The position numbers and the translations under genes are program-made. The notes beneath the pieces were generated by a model. That model worked only from the letters and a program-made list of their open reading frames with translations, had not been told where the DNA came from and ran no database searches. DNA of 64,000 nt from Candidatus Izemoplasmatales bacterium (lineage in GTDB: Bacteria; Bacillota_I; Bacilli_A; Izemoplasmatales; Hujiaoplasmataceae), in assembly GCA_050949045.1 (NCBI GenBank), contig JBMNEZ010000001.1, positions 64,001 through 128,000 on the forward strand, given 5' to 3'. Positions 59,327 to 64,000 of the stretch are shown in pieces. Numbering within the stretch: position 1 is the first letter of the stretch; each line of letters opens with the position of its first letter.

Positions 59327-60567
59327 AACGATTTGAAGAAGCGAAAATCATCTACTCCCAATACGGAATCGATGTCGGCAAGGCAATCGAGACGGTCAGG
59401 AACATTCCCATTTCCATCCATTGCTGGCAAGGCGATGATGTCTCAGGCTTCGAGCACGGCTCGGTTTTGAGCGGTGGAATCCAAACAACTGGAAATTATC
59501 CCGGGAAGGCAAGAGATTTCGAAGAGTTGAAAATGGATTTCTTGGAAGCGATCAAGCATATTCCAGGAACCAAAAGAATCAATCTTCATGCCATGTACGC
59601 CGTTGCCGGCGGAATGGCAGACAGAAGCAAGTTGAAACCCAAGCATTTCGAGCCGTGGCTTGATTATGCCTTGAAAAACAACTTAAAGATCGATTTCAAT
59701 CCGACTTTCTTTGCCCATCCGATGGTAAAAGACAATCTGACTTTGTCGTCTCCAGACGACTCCGTCCGTTCTTATTGGATTGAACACGGCAAGGCTTGTC
59801 GGGAAATCGCGGCATACATCGGCGAAAAGCAAGGCTCGCCATGCCTGTGCAACATCTGGATTCCGGATGGCATGAAAGACATTCCGGCAGATCGCATCGG
59901 TCCAAGGCAGAGGCTCAAGAACTCGCTCGATCAGATTCTTGATCAAACCTATCCGGAAGAATATATCATTGATGCAATCGAAAGCAAGGTGTTCGGCATC
60001 GGGCTTGAAAGCTATACGGTCGGTTCGTCCGAGTTCTATATGAACTACGCAAAAGAAAAAGGAATTTGTTGTTTGCTTGACAATGGCCATTACCACCCAA
60101 CTGAAAATGTCGCGGACAAAATATCCTCGATGCTTCTATTTAACAAGCATGTGGCTTTTCACATCACCCGACCGGTACGATGGGACAGCGATCACGTCGT
60201 GCGTCTTGATGATGTCATAAAAGAAATCGCGCAAGAGATCATCGCTTCGGGAGAAACAGAGCGTTTTTTGATCGGGCTTGACTTCTTTGACGCGTCGATC
60301 AACCGCATCGTCGCTTGGGTAATTGGCTCAAGGAACTTTCAAAAAGCCTTGTTGGAAGCAGCCTTGACGCCTCATAGGGAACTAAAACAACTACAAGACA
60401 GCGGTGATTTCACCAAACTTTTGGCATTGCAGGAGGAACTGAAGACTTTGCCTTTCTACGATATCTGGAATAAATACTGCATAGAAGAACAAGTAGCTCC
60501 GGATATGAAATGGTACGAAGAAGTGAAAGCATACGAAAAGAAAGTTCTGCTTCCGAGAGGTTCGTAA
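59323..60567 (+). CDS. rhaA: L-rhamnose isomerase
   Basis: 'HCWQGDDV.GFE', 'ESKVFGIG.ESYT', 'GHYHPTE' and 'RPVRWDSDH' motifs. Confidence 0.95.
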   Translation: MKRFEEAKIIYSQYGIDVGKAIETVRNIPISIHCWQGDDVSGFEHGSVLSGGIQTTGNYPGKARDFEELKMDFLEAIKHIPGTKRINLHAMYAVAGGMADRSKLKPKHFEPWLDYALKNNLKIDFNPTFFAHPMVKDNLTLSSPDDSVRSYWIEHGKACREIAAYIGEKQGSPCLCNIWIPDGMKDIPADRIGPRQRLKNSLDQILDQTYPEEYIIDAIESKVFGIGLESYTVGSSEFYMNYAKEKGICCLLDNGHYHPTENVADKISSMLLFNKHVAFHITRPVRWDSDHVVRLDDVIKEIAQEIIASGETERFLIGLDFFDASINRIVAWVIGSRNFQKALLEAALTPHRELKQLQDSGDFTKLLALQEELKTLPFYDIWNKYCIEEQVAPDMKWYEEVKAYEKKVLLPRGS

Positions 60568-60730
60568 GCAACCATCCATAGTACTATATTGCCCCGCAGA
60601 AGGTCTCAAGAATTTTTGCAGGGCTTTTTTATTTAAAAAAGCAATTACCATGTAATTTATTACCAATTGAACAAAAAAGGAGAGTCAACCATGTAACTCT
60701 CCCTTAAAAATTCGATTGAAGCCGATGTGA

Positions 60731-63700
60731 TTATGATTTAACCTTGAAAATGTTTTTTCTCTTATCGAGATCGCTCAATACGTACATGGCGGCGCTAATT
60801 ACAGTAAGAACAATGAATACAACTGTCAGCGCAGTTATTATGACTTTCCACCACACGGCAACAGGCTGTAGGCGTGTAAGGTTTGAATAACCATCCATGG
60901 AGGCACTGTAATTTGCCACAACGAAGAGCAACCGGTGCATGGATTCTCTGAGATTGATATTGAATGAGGGGCTGTTTCTCAAGTCGCTGGTGAAGCCGCT
61001 CAAAGTGCCTTTATCTAAGAAACAATCCGTTCCGTTCATGAAGCCGTCGTCATACACCATGAACAGCTTCCCGTTGGAACCGGCCATATCGGTAAGGGTG
61101 TACCCGTCGAAAGCCCACTCATCTCGAAGAATGTTCATCATAAGATTGTCGTTTGCACTTGTCCATAAACAGCCGGCACGATTAAATGATGTCATAATCG
61201 CATGAGAATTACCCATATCTGGACGAAGCGCATATTCCCAGGGCAACAGATATATTTCCCTTGCGGCCTGCTCATTCATCCAAATGCAGATGCCATTGCG
61301 ATTTGTCTCCTCGTCATTAAAGATGAAATGCTTTGGATGGGCGACAACGCCTTGTCGCTGCATTGCCAGAATTTCGTATACGGCGGCGATGCCGCTCAAG
61401 AATGGATCTTCGGAATAATATTCTGAAGCTCTCCCTCCGAATGCAACCCGATGCATATTCAATCCGGGAGCGTAAAGTCCGTGAAGATGTTTTTGCGATG
61501 GGTCGTGACCGCTTCGGCCATCTGCCGCAATCGCTTCGCCGACCTTATCGTAAATCTCCAAACTGAATGTTGATGCGATAATTCCTTCACAACTCATTGA
61601 AGAATATCCTTCAGCTGTGTTGCTGATGCCGTAAGGGCCGTCATCTTCATCGGTCATCGGTTTTGCCACGCTTGCAAGAGCAGGTGTAAAACCGTAACAG
61701 TTCGTCAGAGTAATAAACATGTCTTCCTGTGATATCTTATTTAAGAGCAGATCCCATTTAGGATCCGTATACGGCAATCCCGCCATCATCGCAAGGGTCA
61801 AGTTGGAACTCAAGTCATTGAAAGTAGGCATGACAGCGTTATTGTATTCAACGATGGTCTTGTGGCTTGTGATATCGTATTTTTCTTCCACCATGTTGGT
61901 CAAAGAAAGGGTCGTCACCCCCGAGGGCAGCGTGCCCAACCAATTATTGCGTGATACATAGACAACGTCACCGTTTTCGGCGGCCTCATTAGTAACACCG
62001 GAGAAGCGGTTGGGATCCATATAATCAAGTTGATTGGTAATCTTTGTTTCAACCGCAGTATCGCTGAGCGTATTGGGGGTTGATGCCGATTTTGCCGTGG
62101 ACTTGGAAAACACCTCGGAGTCAACGTTTGCTTGAGAAAGCACCAGTTTTACCAAATTGTCATCTCCGTCGGCGTCCATATTGCTGTTTGCTTTAGTATA
62201 ACCTTTTGCGGCCAAAATATTATTGACGGCATCGTGCGAGTCCTTCGCTACGGTGAGATAATAATCTCCTTCATTAAGAATGTATGTTTGTGCATTCTGT
62301 GAATCATACATTCTGAACTGCTCGAAGGCTACCCTCATCCGCTCCATATTCATTTTATCGGTTACTGTTGCGCTAAGAGTCTCACTCGCTCCGGGTTGAA
62401 GCAGGCTTGTTTTTCCAAAACCGACAAGTTCAACAGAAGGGACCTCAATCCCAAACATGCGTGCATAATCGGAATATGGTTTTTGCAGGTATATTTGCAC
62501 CACTTCTTTGCCGGCTTTGGCGCCGGTGTTTGTCACGGTGACGCTCACATTGAAGGCAGTGGTTTTATTGTTTTCATCCTTCTCCTCTGTGACAGTCAAG
62601 TCGCTGAATGCAAAATCGGTATACGACAAGCCATACCCAAAGGGATAAGCAACATCTTGATAATAATCGTATTCGCCCACGCCGGCAGTCACCATGACAT
62701 AGTCTTCATAGCGAGTCTCATAGTAACGGTAGCCTACATAGACGCCTTCTACATAAACGCCGTAGTACATTTGCGAACTATTTAGCTGTAACGCCTCTGA
62801 ATTTGCGTATTCTGAGGAAAAACCGTCGTTTTCTCGCCAATACATCGCTGCGGGAGAAGAAAAAGTATCCATTAAATAAGTGTCCGAAAGTTTGCCAGAA
62901 GGATTTATTTCTCCAATCAGCGCTTTTGCGACAGCATTCATACCGGTTGCTCCGGGAAGGCCTATCCATATCGCTGCGTCAATGTCATAGTTGTCGTCAA
63001 ATAGAAAATCACATTGAACGGTAACCGCTGAATTAATCAAAACGATGATTTTGTCGATCTCGCCTTTACTCTTTTTTTCAGCCAGTTGCTCTAAAATGCC
63101 AAGTTCGTTAGAAGTAAGCGTTAAATAACTACCGTCAATGCCGTCACTATCTTTCCAGGAAATGTCAACACCTTCCCCGCTTTCACGGGTGATAACGGCT
63201 ATGACCGTTCCGCCATGACTGGTATATTCATCGCTTATTCCTGCCAACTTGTATGTATTCCAAGAAGGTTCATCGGTTTTGAAAACGCCACCTTTGATAC
63301 CGCGTTTGGTCTGACCTTCACCGGTTGCCAAAAAGTTAAATATTTTGTCATTTACATTAAGATTGGTTTCTTCTTTAAGAGCTGTGTAAAGGTCAATAAG
63401 TTCACCTTGACGGCGAACCCCCGGGCCGTGTGTGGCATAGAAAATCTTACCGGCGCCGCTGATGGCAAAGGAAACATTTGAAGTTGGGTCGAGAGGCAGA
63501 GCGTTATTGTCGTTCTTTAATAGGACCAATCCCTCTGCTTGCACCTCTTCGTTAACGGCACGATAATACTCTTCGATATCCTCGGCGGTTTTAAAGAGCG
63601 GCCAACTGATGAATTTTTCAACTTCTCCCGCCTTAGGCTTTTCTTTGACTTCGATATAGTCTACCGTTCCCAAAAAAGAACTTATTTCGTTGTTAAACGG

Positions 63701-63805
63701 GACGATTGCGGCATTGACAACAAGCATCACCATCACAAGTGAGGCAAATGTGACAAATAATGTTTCCCATAGTTTCTTAATCAACAATTTTTTAAATGTT
63801 TTCAT
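60731..63805 (-). CDS. Membrane-anchored GH3 glycosidase (inverted domain order)
   Basis: 'VLLKND', 'YPFGYGLSY', 'GGRASEYYSED', 'KHFIFN' and 'FDGYTLTD' motifs; TMs at both ends. Confidence 0.9.
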   Translation of the reverse strand: MKTFKKLLIKKLWETLFVTFASLVMVMLVVNAAIVPFNNEISSFLGTVDYIEVKEKPKAGEVEKFISWPLFKTAEDIEEYYRAVNEEVQAEGLVLLKNDNNALPLDPTSNVSFAISGAGKIFYATHGPGVRRQGELIDLYTALKEETNLNVNDKIFNFLATGEGQTKRGIKGGVFKTDEPSWNTYKLAGISDEYTSHGGTVIAVITRESGEGVDISWKDSDGIDGSYLTLTSNELGILEQLAEKKSKGEIDKIIVLINSAVTVQCDFLFDDNYDIDAAIWIGLPGATGMNAVAKALIGEINPSGKLSDTYLMDTFSSPAAMYWRENDGFSSEYANSEALQLNSSQMYYGVYVEGVYVGYRYYETRYEDYVMVTAGVGEYDYYQDVAYPFGYGLSYTDFAFSDLTVTEEKDENNKTTAFNVSVTVTNTGAKAGKEVVQIYLQKPYSDYARMFGIEVPSVELVGFGKTSLLQPGASETLSATVTDKMNMERMRVAFEQFRMYDSQNAQTYILNEGDYYLTVAKDSHDAVNNILAAKGYTKANSNMDADGDDNLVKLVLSQANVDSEVFSKSTAKSASTPNTLSDTAVETKITNQLDYMDPNRFSGVTNEAAENGDVVYVSRNNWLGTLPSGVTTLSLTNMVEEKYDITSHKTIVEYNNAVMPTFNDLSSNLTLAMMAGLPYTDPKWDLLLNKISQEDMFITLTNCYGFTPALASVAKPMTDEDDGPYGISNTAEGYSSMSCEGIIASTFSLEIYDKVGEAIAADGRSGHDPSQKHLHGLYAPGLNMHRVAFGGRASEYYSEDPFLSGIAAVYEILAMQRQGVVAHPKHFIFNDEETNRNGICIWMNEQAAREIYLLPWEYALRPDMGNSHAIMTSFNRAGCLWTSANDNLMMNILRDEWAFDGYTLTDMAGSNGKLFMVYDDGFMNGTDCFLDKGTLSGFTSDLRNSPSFNINLRESMHRLLFVVANYSASMDGYSNLTRLQPVAVWWKVIITALTVVFIVLTVISAAMYVLSDLDKRKNIFKVKS

Positions 63806-63806
63806 A

Positions 63807-64000
63807 TTAATCTCCCATTGCCCCGGCATCTGTTTGCTGATGGTTTTTCGCTTTATCAGTTTTGTAATAGCTGGATTTCTGAATCAAAGCAACAATCAAT
63901 GTGACTATTATCGCCACAAAGGTGCCTATCAGTTTGAAAAAATAACTGCTTGAAAGAACAGGATCCACAGGATCGCCCACAGTGCCCGATACGATTGGAT
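63807..64000 (-). CDS. C-terminal part of a membrane protein upstream of the GH3 (truncated by the window edge)
   Basis: Open frame ...DPVLSSSYFFKLIGTFVAIIVTLIVALIQKSSYYK...AMGD*, ending just before the GH3 ATG. Confidence 0.6.
   Translation of the reverse strand, partial: PIVSGTVGDPVDPVLSSSYFFKLIGTFVAIIVTLIVALIQKSSYYKTDKAKNHQQTDAGAMGD

Noticed and set aside
1..64000. Genetic code 4 (TGA=Trp) or genome-wide stop reassignment
   Set aside because: Conserved genes end at their expected C-termini with TGA (uppP, xerC, rnfD), TAG (fhs, rnfC) and TAA (rlmH, rhaA), and long ORFs are intact under code 11.

Overview
This is a bacterial chromosomal window using genetic code 11 (TGA is a stop). Gene content suggests an anaerobic low-GC Bacillota or Mollicutes-like organism, possibly Izemoplasmatales/Acholeplasmatales-like; that placement is an inference. 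Positions 1-41.3 kb are mostly housekeeping: iron and oxidative-stress genes, a partial capsule locus, rlmD, fhs, a GlpA-like oxidoreductase trio, feoAB with a DtxR regulator, trmFO-xerC-rlmH, pepT, gmk, trxA/trxB-like and ltaE. This part ends in an unusual Rnf locus: rnfC-rnfD-[extra two-site FMN protein split by an in-frame TAA]-rnfG-rnfE-rnfA-short rnfB, then a two-domain FMN-binding lipoprotein. A tRNA-Lys(CTT) at 41571-41646 precedes a 12 kb AT-richer island with no integrase, bounded by a 35 bp imperfect direct repeat of the tRNA terminator. The island carries a GHKL/LytTR pair and a surface GH3-lipoprotein-GH3 cassette; one GH3 ends in a Cys-containing C-terminal sorting-like motif. Beyond it are a GltS-like symporter, a Gfo/Idh/MocA oxidoreductase, a CPBP protease, rhaBA and a third GH3. 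Features the ORF track missed include an IS3 remnant, a decayed histidine kinase, and two genes each split by a single in-frame stop. All calls come from reading the sequence by eye; no searches were run.
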